A stretch of 64,000 nt of DNA from Chromatiales bacterium (GCA_052388435.1 JBQTIC010000019.1:13769-77768); one strand, 5' to 3'; positions 1-10,074 are shown, counted from the first letter of the stretch. Numbers and translations: made by a program. Notes: generated by a model from the letters alone, not told the origin.

Positions 1-23
1 TGCCGGCAAGGCTCGACGACCTG

Positions 24-2393
24 GTGCCGGATCAGATTCATCTGCTGCCCATCGGAGCGCGGCCCTTCTTCCCCGGACAGACCGCCCCCATCGTCACCAA
101 CGAAGAGCACTGGCTGCAGACCGTCGAGCGCATCGGGCAGACGCCGCAACAGATGGCGGGCCTGGTGTACACCACCAGCCCGCCGGCAGAGGTGCCGCAA
201 CCGAAGGATTTTTCCACCGTCGGCACCGTCGTGCGCATGCACCAGCCTGGCCGGATGGACGGCAAGATCCACTTCATCGCCGAGGGTATCCGCCGGTTCC
301 GCATCACCCACTGGCTGACCGAGAGGCCGCCCTACCTCGTCCAGGTCGAATATCCCGACGCGCCGCGTGAGAAGCTCGATGAGCAGCGCGCGTACGCGCT
401 CGCCATCATCAACATGATCCGCGAGCTGCTACCGCTCAACCCGCTCTACAAGGAACAGCTCAAGGCCTTCCTCGAGCGGTTCAACGTTGAGAACGCCTCA
501 CCGCTCACCGACTTCGCCGCGCTCCTGACCAGCGCCTCCGCCTCCGAGCTGCAGCAGGTGCTCGAGACCATCCCGCTGCTTGCCCGCATGGAAAAGGTGC
601 TCGCTCTGCTGCAGACCGAGCTCGAAGTAGCCGGCATGCAGGCCAGGATCCGGCAGCGTGTGGAAGAGAAGATGTCGGAGCAGCAGCGCAGTTTCTTCCT
701 GCGCGAGCAGTTGAAGGCGATCCAGAAGGAGCTCGGCATTTCCAAGGATGACAAGACGGTCGAGGTCGAGCGCTTCCACAAGCGCCTGGAAGGTCTCACC
801 TTGCCGGAGCACGCCAAGTCACGCATCGACGGGGAGATGGAGAAACTCTCCTTTCTCGAGATCGGCTCCCCCGAGTATGCCGTGACACGCAATTACCTCG
901 ATGTCCTCACCGACCTGCCCTGGGGAAGGCACTCGCAGGATATCCTCGATCTGAAGCGTGCACGTGGCATCCTCGATCGCGACCACGCGGGCTTAAGCGA
1001 CGTCAAGGATCGCATCATCGAGTTTCTGGCGGTCGGCGCGCTCAGGGGCGAGGTCGCCGGTTCAATACTGCTGCTGGTGGGGCCGCCGGGCGTCGGCAAG
1101 AGTTCCATCGGGCGCTCGATCGCGGAGGCGCTGGGCCGCCAGTTCTACCGCTTCAGCGTTGGCGGGATGCGCGACGAGGCCGAGATCAAAGGCCACCGGC
1201 GCACCTACATCGGCGCCATGCCCGGCAAGTTCATCCAGGCGGTGCGCGAGGCGGGCACCGCCAACCCCGTTATCATGCTCGATGAGATCGACAAGATCGG
1301 CGCCTCTTATCACGGCGATCCCGCCTCGGCCCTGCTCGAGGTGCTCGACCCGGAGCAGAACAGGGACTTCCTCGATCATTACCTCGACGTGCGTTTCGAT
1401 CTGTCCAAGGTGCTGTTCATCTGCACGGCCAACCAGCTCGACACCATCCCCGGGCCGCTGCTCGACAGAATGGAGGGGATCCGCCTTGCCGGCTACATCA
1501 CAGCCGAGAAGGTTCAGATCGCGAGGGACTACCTCTGGCCGCGGCAACTCGAGCGGGCGGGCATCCGGCGCGCGCAACTAACCATCAACGACACGGCGCT
1601 GCGCGCCATCATCGAGGGATACGCCCGCGAGGCCGGCGTGCGCAATCTCGAGAAACAACTGGCACGCATCGTGCGCAAGGCCGCTGTTCGGATACTGGCC
1701 GACCGCAAGGCGCGCATCCGCCTCGGTCACAAGGACATCGCGGGCTATCTCGGCGCGCCGCTGTTCCGGCCGGAGAACTCCGGCAGAGGCGTCGGAGTGA
1801 TGACCGGTCTGGCATGGACCGCGATGGGCGGCGCCACGCTCAACGTGGAAGCCACGCGCGTGCACGGCAGATCCCGCGGCTTCAAGCTGACCGGTATGCT
1901 CGGCGACGTCATGAAGGAATCCGCCGAGATCGCTTACAGCTACGTCGCCAGCCGGCCGGAGCTGTTCGCGGATCATCCCGATTTCTTCGACAACGCCTCT
2001 CTGCACGTGCATGTCCCCGAGGGTGCGACGCGCAAGGACGGACCGAGCGCCGGCATCACCATCGCGACCGCACTGCTCTCGCTCGCCCGCGCGCGACGCG
2101 TCGGCCGTCCCCTCGCCATGACCGGGGAGCTGACGCTTACCGGCCAGGTACTGCCCGTCGGCGGCATACGCGAGAAGATCGTGGCCGCCAAGCGCATCGG
2201 CATACGCGAAGTCGTGCTGCCGGAGGCGAACCGGCGCGACTTCGACGAGTTGCCGGAGCATCTGCGCAAGGGGATGGACGTGCATTTCGTCCGTCACTTC
2301 GATGAAGTGGCCGCATTGGCCCTGCCTGCATCGAGACAACGCGCCCGCCCCGTCAGGCCCGAGGGCGCCAGGCGCCGATCCGGAGTCGCATAG
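24..2393 (+). CDS. lon: ATP-dependent Lon protease (La); frame is open to the left window edge, so the true start may lie at or before position 24
   Basis: N-terminal LON domain aligns with E. coli Lon. Walker A GPPGVGKSS, RHRRTYIGAMPGK, DEIDK, PEQN, and the protease catalytic PKDGPSAGI motif; 789 aa. Confidence 0.9.
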   Translation: MPDQIHLLPIGARPFFPGQTAPIVTNEEHWLQTVERIGQTPQQMAGLVYTTSPPAEVPQPKDFSTVGTVVRMHQPGRMDGKIHFIAEGIRRFRITHWLTERPPYLVQVEYPDAPREKLDEQRAYALAIINMIRELLPLNPLYKEQLKAFLERFNVENASPLTDFAALLTSASASELQQVLETIPLLARMEKVLALLQTELEVAGMQARIRQRVEEKMSEQQRSFFLREQLKAIQKELGISKDDKTVEVERFHKRLEGLTLPEHAKSRIDGEMEKLSFLEIGSPEYAVTRNYLDVLTDLPWGRHSQDILDLKRARGILDRDHAGLSDVKDRIIEFLAVGALRGEVAGSILLLVGPPGVGKSSIGRSIAEALGRQFYRFSVGGMRDEAEIKGHRRTYIGAMPGKFIQAVREAGTANPVIMLDEIDKIGASYHGDPASALLEVLDPEQNRDFLDHYLDVRFDLSKVLFICTANQLDTIPGPLLDRMEGIRLAGYITAEKVQIARDYLWPRQLERAGIRRAQLTINDTALRAIIEGYAREAGVRNLEKQLARIVRKAAVRILADRKARIRLGHKDIAGYLGAPLFRPENSGRGVGVMTGLAWTAMGGATLNVEATRVHGRSRGFKLTGMLGDVMKESAEIAYSYVASRPELFADHPDFFDNASLHVHVPEGATRKDGPSAGITIATALLSLARARRVGRPLAMTGELTLTGQVLPVGGIREKIVAAKRIGIREVVLPEANRRDFDELPEHLRKGMDVHFVRHFDEVAALALPASRQRARPVRPEGARRRSGVA

Positions 2394-2508
2394 GTCGGCG
2401 GCGCGAACTGCATGTGCATTGTCGCAACAGCAAAATCCCAACAGCCGTGATCGTATCCCCACCCAAAGAGGACCCTCTTCCGTCAGCCCAAGAAAAAGAC
2501 GAAATCGA

Positions 2509-3966
2509 GTGGGCATCGTCACCAAGATAGCGCTGCTGAAGCAGCGGCGTACCAAGATCGTTGCGACACTGGGTCCCGCCTCCAGCGACTCGGGCGTTAT
2601 CCGCCGTATCATTGAGGCGGGCGCCAACGTCATCCGCCTCAACATGTCGCACGGTGATCACGACAGCCACGCGCGGCGCTACCGGGCGGTGCGCGGCATC
2701 GCGGTGGAGCGCGACGAACCGATCGCGATATTCGCCGACCTCTGCGGCCCGAAGATGCGGGTAGGGAAGTTCTTCGACGGCCAGATCACGCTGACGGAGG
2801 GCAGGCACGTCACCGCCACCACGCGCGAGGTGCTGGGCGAGCCCGGCCTGATCCCGTCCCTGTACCCCAAGCTCGCCCACGACGTGAAGCCCGGCGATCG
2901 CATCCTGCTCAGCGATGGTGACCTGGAGCTGCGCGTGGACACCGTCGAGGACACGGAAGTCTCCTGCACGGTGGTCCACGGCGGCCTGCTGCAGGATCAC
3001 AAAGGGATGAACCTGCCGGGCGTGGACATTTCGACGCCGGCACTGACGGACAAGGATCGGGAGGACGCCCGCTTCGCGCTGGACCTGGGGATCGACTTCC
3101 TCGCGCTTTCCTTTGTGCGCGAACCGCAGGACGTGCAGGAGCTTCGCGATCTCATCCGCGCCAGCGGTCACGACGCCGGCATCATCGCCAAGATCGAGAA
3201 GCCGGAGGCGCTCGAGAAGGCCAGCGTCATCCTCGATCTGGCGGACGCTATCATGGTGGCCCGCGGCGATCTGGGCGTGGAACTCAGCCCGGAGCAGGTG
3301 CCGATCGCGCAGAATCAGCTCATTGCCCGCGCCCGCTCAAAAAACCGCCCGGTGATCGTGGCCACACAGATGCTGGAGTCGATGATCGAGCGCACACGGC
3401 CCACGCGCGCCGAGGTCACCGACATCTCGCAGGCGGTGTCCGCCGGGGCCGACGCCGTCATGCTGTCGGGCGAGACCGCCGCGGGCAAGCATCCCGTGGA
3501 GGCCGTGGAGATGATGTCCCGCATCGTCAGGCAGACCGAGGCCTATCACTTCTGGCAGCACCGGCCCGCATGGACCACCGACGTGGCGGCCAGGCACGAT
3601 GGCCCTATGCTGTTCGGCGATGCGATCGCGGAGGCGGCAGCCCATCTGGCCTTCGATCTGAGCGCCCGTGCGGTGGTGGTGATCTCGCAGAGCGGCATGT
3701 CCGCGGTGACGATCAGCTCGCGGCGCCCATCCGCGCCAGTGGTTGCTGTTACCTCGACCGCGAAGGTGGCCCGGCGCATGAACCTGATGTGGGGCGTGAT
3801 CCCGATCGTCACCGCCGATGTCGGCGCGACCAATCCGAACCAGATCGTGCGCCGCATCGCGCGCGAGCTGGACCTGGCCGATCCCGGGGAGTACGTTCTG
3901 CTGGTACGCGGCTTCCACAGCGACCCTGCCCTCAACACACCCTCCATCACCCTCCTCGCTGTGTAA
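2509..3966 (+). CDS. pyk: pyruvate kinase; start placed at GTG 2509, because the reported ORF start at 2302 overlaps the lon 3' end and lacks PK homology
   Basis: TKIVATLGPAS, NMSHGDH, GPKMRVGKF and MVARGDLGVE motifs; about 486 aa from 2509, matching PykA/PykF size. Confidence 0.88.
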   Translation: MGIVTKIALLKQRRTKIVATLGPASSDSGVIRRIIEAGANVIRLNMSHGDHDSHARRYRAVRGIAVERDEPIAIFADLCGPKMRVGKFFDGQITLTEGRHVTATTREVLGEPGLIPSLYPKLAHDVKPGDRILLSDGDLELRVDTVEDTEVSCTVVHGGLLQDHKGMNLPGVDISTPALTDKDREDARFALDLGIDFLALSFVREPQDVQELRDLIRASGHDAGIIAKIEKPEALEKASVILDLADAIMVARGDLGVELSPEQVPIAQNQLIARARSKNRPVIVATQMLESMIERTRPTRAEVTDISQAVSAGADAVMLSGETAAGKHPVEAVEMMSRIVRQTEAYHFWQHRPAWTTDVAARHDGPMLFGDAIAEAAAHLAFDLSARAVVVISQSGMSAVTISSRRPSAPVVAVTSTAKVARRMNLMWGVIPIVTADVGATNPNQIVRRIARELDLADPGEYVLLVRGFHSDPALNTPSITLLAV

Positions 3967-4030
3967 CGCGGGTGTGGCTGTTGCACCTCGCCTGCCGCGT
4001 CAACCGGCACTGCCCACGCCACCTTTACTG

Positions 4031-4369
4031 CTACAAACCGCTGGCCTGCTTGGCAATGACCTTGCCGTTGACGAAGGTAATCATGATTACCTTCTGGTCC
4101 TCCCGCCAGACGGAGTGTTTTGCCCCTTTGAGGATACCCGGCATCTCAGAGGTGTTTCCCCCGGTGAGCGCTCCCAGATCCGGCACGTTGAACTCCGTCG
4201 TCTCACTGGGCGGTCCCAATAGATCGGTGACCTCCTGCTCCGTCATTCCCGTGTTGACCATGTTGGCGTTGGTCTTGTTGATCTTGCTGCCACAGCCGGT
4301 AAGCGCGAGGGAAAAACCGATGACAAGAGCGAGCAGAACGGCTCGGGTCGAGAAGCAACTACGGCTCAT
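4031..4369 (-). CDS. small lipoprotein, SmpA/OmlA (BamE-like) fold
   Basis: Signal peptide with lipobox LALTGC; GMTEQEV...LG.P...TF..G.V pattern resembles the BamE/SmpA_OmlA domain; 112 aa. Confidence 0.5.
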   Translation of the reverse strand: MSRSCFSTRAVLLALVIGFSLALTGCGSKINKTNANMVNTGMTEQEVTDLLGPPSETTEFNVPDLGALTGGNTSEMPGILKGAKHSVWREDQKVIMITFVNGKVIAKQASGL

Positions 4370-4581
4370 AGACCATCCTCCGCCATGATCAGCGATTATG
4401 AGCCGGCCGGTTCAGGTTGTCAGCTTGCAGCCGACTGAAGAACCGGCCTCTCCCCCTTCGAAGGGGATGATTGAAGTGGGGGGTGGGACGCCGCCACAAT
4501 ACCGCCGCCTTCGAACCCATCCACAGCTTCCCCCTCGTAAGGAGGAAGAATTCACGGCTTGATCCCCCTCACACGGCCGAT

Positions 4582-5064
4582 CTAGCGGTAACGGTAGATC
4601 GGTCCGGCGTCGTCGGCAGCGGGCTGGTAACGGACGCTGAACTCCTTGAAGGCATTCAGCGCATCCTCGATGTTCTTGTCCTCGCGAACCGCGAAGGAAT
4701 CGATGCCGCAGCGGCGCATGAAGTAGAGCTGATCGCGCAGCACATCCCCTATGGCGCGCAGCTCTCCCGTGTAGCGGTACCGCTCGCGCAGGAGGCGCGC
4801 GTGCGAGAAGCAGCGGCCGTCACCGAATTTGGGAAACTCCAGCGCAACAAGCGCGAAATGTCCCAGGTCCTCCGCTATGGCGGAGGCTGGAATGCTGCCG
4901 TCAACCCGCACACCGACATGTCCGTCGCGGGCAAGGAGCTCCTCGCGCTCCTTCTGCCAGCGAGCATGACTGACGATGACGTCGCCGTTCGGCAACTCCT
5001 CCTCGTCACCGACGAGGATCCAGCCGTCGTCGACGATTCTCAGATCCTTGTTAATGACCCGCAT
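4582..5064 (-). CDS. DUF934-family protein associated with sulfite reductase; start at ATG 5064, overlapping the cysI stop by 14 nt
   Basis: About 160 aa protein immediately downstream of the CysI-type gene, the arrangement seen for the Pseudomonas cysI partner. GGAGAAGG Shine-Dalgarno 9 nt upstream of ATG 5064. Confidence 0.65.
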   Translation of the reverse strand: MRVINKDLRIVDDGWILVGDEEELPNGDVIVSHARWQKEREELLARDGHVGVRVDGSIPASAIAEDLGHFALVALEFPKFGDGRCFSHARLLRERYRYTGELRAIGDVLRDQLYFMRRCGIDSFAVREDKNIEDALNAFKEFSVRYQPAADDAGPIYRYR

Positions 5065-6757
5065 AGGCGCGCACCTTCTCCGTCTCGCCGCCACCGTCGT
5101 AGACCCGCTGCTTGAACGGCTCGATCCCTATGCGCCGCACGCAGTCCAGGAATGGCTCGTCGCCTTCGCGGTGCTCGACGAACACGTCGAGGATCCTGCC
5201 GATGGCATCCGCGACATCGGACTTGGCCAGCGACGGCCCCAGACGCTCTCCGAGCGAGGCATCGTTACCCGCCGAGCCGCCCAACTGGAACTGATAGAAC
5301 TCCACGCCGTCCTTGTCTACCCCCAGTATGCCAATGTGGCCGGCATGGTGGTGACCGCAGGCGTTCATGCAGCCGGACATCTTCAACTGAATCTCGCCGA
5401 GGTCGTAGAGGTAATCGAGATCGGTGAACTTGTCGTTGATCTGCTTTGCGATCGCGATGGAGCTGGCATTGGCCAGCGAACAGAAATCCAGGCCAGGGCA
5501 GCAAATCATGTCGGTGAGGGTGCCGATATTGGGCGTGGCGAAGTTGCAGCGCTTCAGCTCCTGCCACAATGCGTAGAGATCGCCCTGACGCACATCGGAG
5601 AAGAGCAGGTTCTGCGTGTGGGTGACGCGGATCTCGCCGAAGTTATAGCGTTCCGCCATGTCGGCGACGGCGTCCATCTGCTCCGCCGTCGCATCGCCGG
5701 GCGCCACCTCCGGCGCCTTGAGTGAAATATAGACGACGCGGTAGCCGGGCACTTTGTGATTGGCAGTGTTACGCTTCACCCAGGTGGCGAAGGCCTTGTC
5801 GCCGGCGAGGTGATGCTCGAAGGTCCTGTCCCTGACCGCCGCCGTGTCATAGGCCGGCGGGCCGAAGAAGGCCTTGACCCGTTCGATCTCCTTCTCATCG
5901 AGGATGTAGGAGTCTTTGATCTGCGCCCATTCCTCCTCGACCTTCTGCCGGAACTTTTCTGCGCCGAGGCTCTTCACCAGGATCTTGATCCGCGCCTTGT
6001 GGATGTTGTCTCGACGACCCTCAAGGTTATAGATGCGCAGGATGGCGTCGAGGTAGGAGAGCAGGTACTTCTTCTCCAGGAACTCGCGGACCACCACGCC
6101 GATGACCGGCGTGCGGCCCATGCCGCCACCGACCAGTATCTTGAACCCGACCTCGCCCTGGGCGCTGCGGACCAGATAGAGACCGATGTCGTGCCACTGC
6201 ACGGCCGCGCGGTCCTCCAGGGCACCGCTGAAGGCAAGCTTGAACTTGCGGGGTAGCCAGGAGAACTCGGGGTGGAACGTCGACCACTGGCGCGCGATCT
6301 CGCAATACGGCCGCGGGTCCTCGATCTCGTCCCCGGCGACTCCCGCCAGATGATCGGCGGTGATGTTGCGCACGCAATTGCCGGAGGTCTGGATGGCATG
6401 CATCTGCACGCTTGCCAGGTGCGCTAGGATGTCGGGCACGTCCTCCACCTTCGGCCAGTTGTACTGGATGTTCTGGCGCGTGGTGAAGTGGCCGTAGCCC
6501 TTGTCGTAGCGGCGCGCGATGTGGGCCAGCATGCGCAACTGCCCGGAGCTGAGCAGGCCGTAGGGAATGGCCACCCGCAACATGGGCGCAAAACGTTGGA
6601 GATACAGACCATTGCGCAGGCGCAGCGGTCGGAACTCGTCGTCGGCCAGCTCACCAGCAAGATAGCGGCGCGTCTGGTCCCGAAACTGCGCCACGCGCTC
6701 ATTCACGATGATCTGGTCGTAGTGGTCATAGTGATACATCAGTTTTCTACCCAGCAA
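5051..6757 (-). CDS. cysI: assimilatory sulfite reductase hemoprotein, CysI type (siroheme / 4Fe-4S, nitrite/sulfite reductase family)
   Basis: 568 aa; N-terminal MYHYDHYDQ; two NIR_SIR ferredoxin-like halves; cysteine cluster CCPGLDFC...SGCMNACG. Confidence 0.85.
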   Translation of the reverse strand: MLGRKLMYHYDHYDQIIVNERVAQFRDQTRRYLAGELADDEFRPLRLRNGLYLQRFAPMLRVAIPYGLLSSGQLRMLAHIARRYDKGYGHFTTRQNIQYNWPKVEDVPDILAHLASVQMHAIQTSGNCVRNITADHLAGVAGDEIEDPRPYCEIARQWSTFHPEFSWLPRKFKLAFSGALEDRAAVQWHDIGLYLVRSAQGEVGFKILVGGGMGRTPVIGVVVREFLEKKYLLSYLDAILRIYNLEGRRDNIHKARIKILVKSLGAEKFRQKVEEEWAQIKDSYILDEKEIERVKAFFGPPAYDTAAVRDRTFEHHLAGDKAFATWVKRNTANHKVPGYRVVYISLKAPEVAPGDATAEQMDAVADMAERYNFGEIRVTHTQNLLFSDVRQGDLYALWQELKRCNFATPNIGTLTDMICCPGLDFCSLANASSIAIAKQINDKFTDLDYLYDLGEIQLKMSGCMNACGHHHAGHIGILGVDKDGVEFYQFQLGGSAGNDASLGERLGPSLAKSDVADAIGRILDVFVEHREGDEPFLDCVRRIGIEPFKQRVYDGGGETEKVRAYAGH

Positions 6758-6899
6758 GCGTCCAGCTCAATGGCTCCGGCCTTTGCCGGTGGCGCGGCAC
6801 TTTAGCAATAAGTGTTTAGTCTGAAAAGAACTTAAGGTATACGATTTATTCTCTTTCGTTATTTATAGCGCAGGCCCTCCCCTGGTCGTCCCTGGCAAG

Positions 6900-7478
6900 T
6901 CAGTCGGCAAGCCGTTCGAGCAGGTCGGCCACCCCGACCCGTTTCGGCGCCTTTGCTGTGACGCAGAAACGCTCCTTCATGTCCGCCTCCCGCGTCAGGC
7001 TGTAAGCACCGTCGGGGTAGAGCCTCCCGAGGAGCGCGCGCATGCCCGGCTCGAGCTCCGCGTAGGTCGCGTCGCTGTTCGGGGCGACCAGGCGATCGTT
7101 CGAGAAGACCTGCACCTCGTCGCCGCGGAATACAAGCTGGCCCCGCGTCTCCGGCTCCTGCTCCAGAAGCCGGCAGGCCTTGAGCGCCTTGCGGCAAACC
7201 GTCGCAAGTCGCTCCGGCAGTTGGCCGGGCATCGTGTGTTTACTGTAGTAGACGAGACCACGGCGGTTGCCGGTCTCGTCGTAGCCGTAGTTGCCTTCGT
7301 GGGCCACGAGCACGATGCCCGGCCCAGTCCAGACGTGGCTGTAGTCGACAACATCGATGAGCAGGTCCTCAAGCGCCCGCGTCTGGATCCAGCGGTGGAA
7401 GATGGGGATGAACTCGAGTAGCGCGATCGGCGCGCTCTCTTCAGCGAAGAACTTGACTCCGACTCTGTGCAGCTCCAA
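6900..7478 (-). CDS. hypothetical protein, 192 aa, lying between the two siroheme reductase genes
   Basis: Intact ORF; stop of the upstream reductase (7485) is 6 nt from this start (7478), suggesting co-transcription. No family recognised by eye. Confidence 0.5.
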   Translation of the reverse strand: MELHRVGVKFFAEESAPIALLEFIPIFHRWIQTRALEDLLIDVVDYSHVWTGPGIVLVAHEGNYGYDETGNRRGLVYYSKHTMPGQLPERLATVCRKALKACRLLEQEPETRGQLVFRGDEVQVFSNDRLVAPNSDATYAELEPGMRALLGRLYPDGAYSLTREADMKERFCVTAKAPKRVGVADLLERLAD

Positions 7479-7484
7479 CGCCTG

Positions 7485-9776
7485 CTACGTGCCGGTCGCG
7501 CGCGCCACGGAGGCACCGGTGGCCGCCGGCGCTGCACGTCCCTGCTCCAGCATCCGTGCGTGGCAGGCATACGCCGCCTCGATGAAGAGCTGCGCCTCCT
7601 CCAGCAGTCGCCGCGCTTTCTCGTCGCTGAAGTCGCGCGCCGTGTCCTCATGGCGCTTGAAGAGGTACTCGGCGAATTTACCGCCCGCGTACTGGTCGTG
7701 GAAGAGTCGGGTATCGTGGAAGCGTCGGCGGAACTCTGCGACGAGGGTGTCTGGATTATCCCTGATGTCCTGGCCTTGCTGGCGGACCAGCGCCTTGGCG
7801 GCTTCCAGCATCGCCGCATAGGCGGTCTCGTCGGCTCTCCGATGGTCTTTCTCGCGGAGCAGGAGCTGAGCTTCGAAGCACAGACGCTCCGCCGACTGCA
7901 GATCGAACTCGATCCGGGAGACCACCTCGCCGGCGCACTCACCCGTGCCAATGTCACTTACAGTGAATTCGCGCGGATCACGCCAGTCGGAGTAGTACGA
8001 GCGGTCATCCTCGTACGGAGGGACTGTTGCGAACTCGTCGACGAGCGCCTTCACCGCCTTCGGTCCGATGCGCTGGACGTAGTCGCGGAAGGGCTCGCCG
8101 TTCTGCCGTTTTTCCAGATACCGGGCGACAATGCAGTCGACGAAATCGGGGACCCGTTTCGAGGGCACGGCGCCAATCGTATCGCCGTAAGTGCCCGCGT
8201 TTTCACTCCACTGTCCACCCAGCAGGACGCGGAAGTGTGGCACTGTGGTCTTGCCGACCTTGCGGCTCACTCCATAGAAGCCGAGGTCCGCGACCTGGTG
8301 CTGGCCGCAGGCATTGAAGCAGCCGCTTATCTTGATGTGCAGGCGCTGCACGGCGCGGTCGAGCTGCTGGTAGCGCACTGCCAGCCGCTCGCGCAGCACT
8401 GCCGCGAGGCCGCGTGAGGAGGCAATGCCGAGCTTACAGGTATCCGTTCCCGGGCAGGCTGTGATGTCCAGGATGGTGCCGGCACCCGGCTCGCTCAGAC
8501 CGATGCGCTGCAGGTCCCGATACAGGGCCGGAAGGTCTGCCTCTGGCACCCAGCGCAGCACGATGTTCTGCTCCACGGTCGTGCGTACGTTGTCGCCCGC
8601 GTAGCGGCGCGCGATGTCGGCGAGTTGGCGCGTCTGCCAGGAGCTGATGTCGCCAATCGGCAGTGTCACCGTCGCCACCGCATAGCCGGGCTGGCGCTGG
8701 GGATACATGTTGGTGGCGCGCCAGGCCTCAAATGCGGTATCCGGACTCCCGATGTCCAGCTTGTTGGATGGCGGCCGGAGCGGCTTTTCGGCGAAGTCCG
8801 GGACATCCTTGAGGAAGGCTGTCCACGCATCGTCGTGTGAGAGGTGCTTCCGCTCCTCAAGCACCAACTCGCGGAACTTGTCAATGCCGAGCTTCTCGAT
8901 CAGGAACTTGATGCGTGCGCGCCCCCGGTTGCGCTTTTCCCCCAGGCGGGCATAGACGCGCGAGACGGCCTGCGCGAGCGGCAGGATCTCCTCCTGGGGG
9001 ACGAAGTCGGCGAAGAGCTTGGATTTATAAGGGACTGCTCCGAGGCCGCCGCCCACGTACATCTCGAAGCCGCGGCGCTCCGTGCCGTCCTCAACGCGAG
9101 TGCGGGCGATGAACCCTATGTCGTGGATGGCCGTCAGCGCGCAGGCTTCGTTTCCGCAGCCCGAGAAGGCGATCTTGAACTTGCGCCCGAAGTCCTGCGT
9201 GTCCGGATGCCCCAGCAGGAAGTAGGCGCAGGCCTTCGCATAGGGTGTGACGTCAAAGGTCTCGGTGTGGCACACCCCGGCATAGGGACAGGCCGTGACG
9301 TTGCGGATGGCATTACCACAGGCTTCGCGAGTGGTGATCCCGACCGCCGCAAGGCGGCGCATGAGGTCGGGCGTGTCGTCGATGTGGATATAGTGGAGCT
9401 GGATGTCCTGACGGGTGGTCACATGGCAGATGGCGTCTGAGTACTCCTCCGCAACATCCGCCAGTACGTCCATCTGCTCCGGTGTGAGCCCGCCAAAGGG
9501 GATCTTGATGCGCTGCATGCCAGGCGCGTCCCAAAGGGTGTCCGAACCCTTGGTCAGCTCCGCGGGGACGCGCAGCGCGCGCCGCGCAACGCCGTCGTGG
9601 CGCTGCCCGTTGTCGTAGCGCTGGCCGTAGACGCCGCGGCGCAGGCGGGTTTCCGCGAACAGCTTGTCCTCGACCTGGCCCCTGCGCTTCAGCTCAAGCT
9701 GGGTCTCATAGACGTCGATCTCCCGCGCTAGAGCAGGAGCCATCTTGTCCGCCAGCCGCTCTTTCCAAGTAATCAC
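7485..9776 (-). CDS. ferredoxin-dependent nitrite/sulfite reductase (NirA/Sir type) with about 190-aa C-terminal extension
   Basis: 763 aa; two NIR_SIR repeats; siroheme/4Fe-4S cysteines TACPGTDTC...SGCFNACG. The C-terminal about 190 aa beyond the reductase core are helical with no recognised domain. Confidence 0.8.
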   Translation of the reverse strand: MITWKERLADKMAPALAREIDVYETQLELKRRGQVEDKLFAETRLRRGVYGQRYDNGQRHDGVARRALRVPAELTKGSDTLWDAPGMQRIKIPFGGLTPEQMDVLADVAEEYSDAICHVTTRQDIQLHYIHIDDTPDLMRRLAAVGITTREACGNAIRNVTACPYAGVCHTETFDVTPYAKACAYFLLGHPDTQDFGRKFKIAFSGCGNEACALTAIHDIGFIARTRVEDGTERRGFEMYVGGGLGAVPYKSKLFADFVPQEEILPLAQAVSRVYARLGEKRNRGRARIKFLIEKLGIDKFRELVLEERKHLSHDDAWTAFLKDVPDFAEKPLRPPSNKLDIGSPDTAFEAWRATNMYPQRQPGYAVATVTLPIGDISSWQTRQLADIARRYAGDNVRTTVEQNIVLRWVPEADLPALYRDLQRIGLSEPGAGTILDITACPGTDTCKLGIASSRGLAAVLRERLAVRYQQLDRAVQRLHIKISGCFNACGQHQVADLGFYGVSRKVGKTTVPHFRVLLGGQWSENAGTYGDTIGAVPSKRVPDFVDCIVARYLEKRQNGEPFRDYVQRIGPKAVKALVDEFATVPPYEDDRSYYSDWRDPREFTVSDIGTGECAGEVVSRIEFDLQSAERLCFEAQLLLREKDHRRADETAYAAMLEAAKALVRQQGQDIRDNPDTLVAEFRRRFHDTRLFHDQYAGGKFAEYLFKRHEDTARDFSDEKARRLLEEAQLFIEAAYACHARMLEQGRAAPAATGASVARATGT

Positions 9777-10074
9777 AACACCTCACCCCTCACCGTTTTG
9801 GGTCTGAGCCGTCGTCGAAGCATGGCGACAAGCTCTCTTCCCGCTGACCTGGCCCTGCACGCCGACATTCGACTCTGGCGCCCACAACTCATCGCGGGTC
9901 CTGTTAACTAAGATAACAGTAGACGCTTAGTGTTCGTACAGCCTCTTATCGCTAAGAATATAACCGGCAGTGCTTAAGTTGCATGAACGCTCCCCGCGGC
10001 GCGACGGCGTGGAATGCCTCGGATACGCGACACAGGTATTGACACCACCTTGTGCCCGCCCGGTTTCGCGGGGG

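Noticed and set aside
2302-2508. N-terminal 69 codons of the pyruvate kinase ORF as listed
   Set aside because: It overlaps the lon 3' end, has no PK homology, and its composition is junk. A GTG at 2509 gives a canonical-length PK.
1578-2645. Long antisense or out-of-frame ORFs (for example 1578-2645 minus, 7467-8417 plus, 10936-11742 plus, 27231-28835 plus 534 aa, 42595-43719 plus, 51849-53186 plus, 59148-59984 minus)
   Set aside because: They are shadow ORFs typical of high-GC DNA. Each overlaps a well-supported gene on the other strand or frame, has a low-complexity Arg/Ala/Pro-rich translation, and has no motifs.
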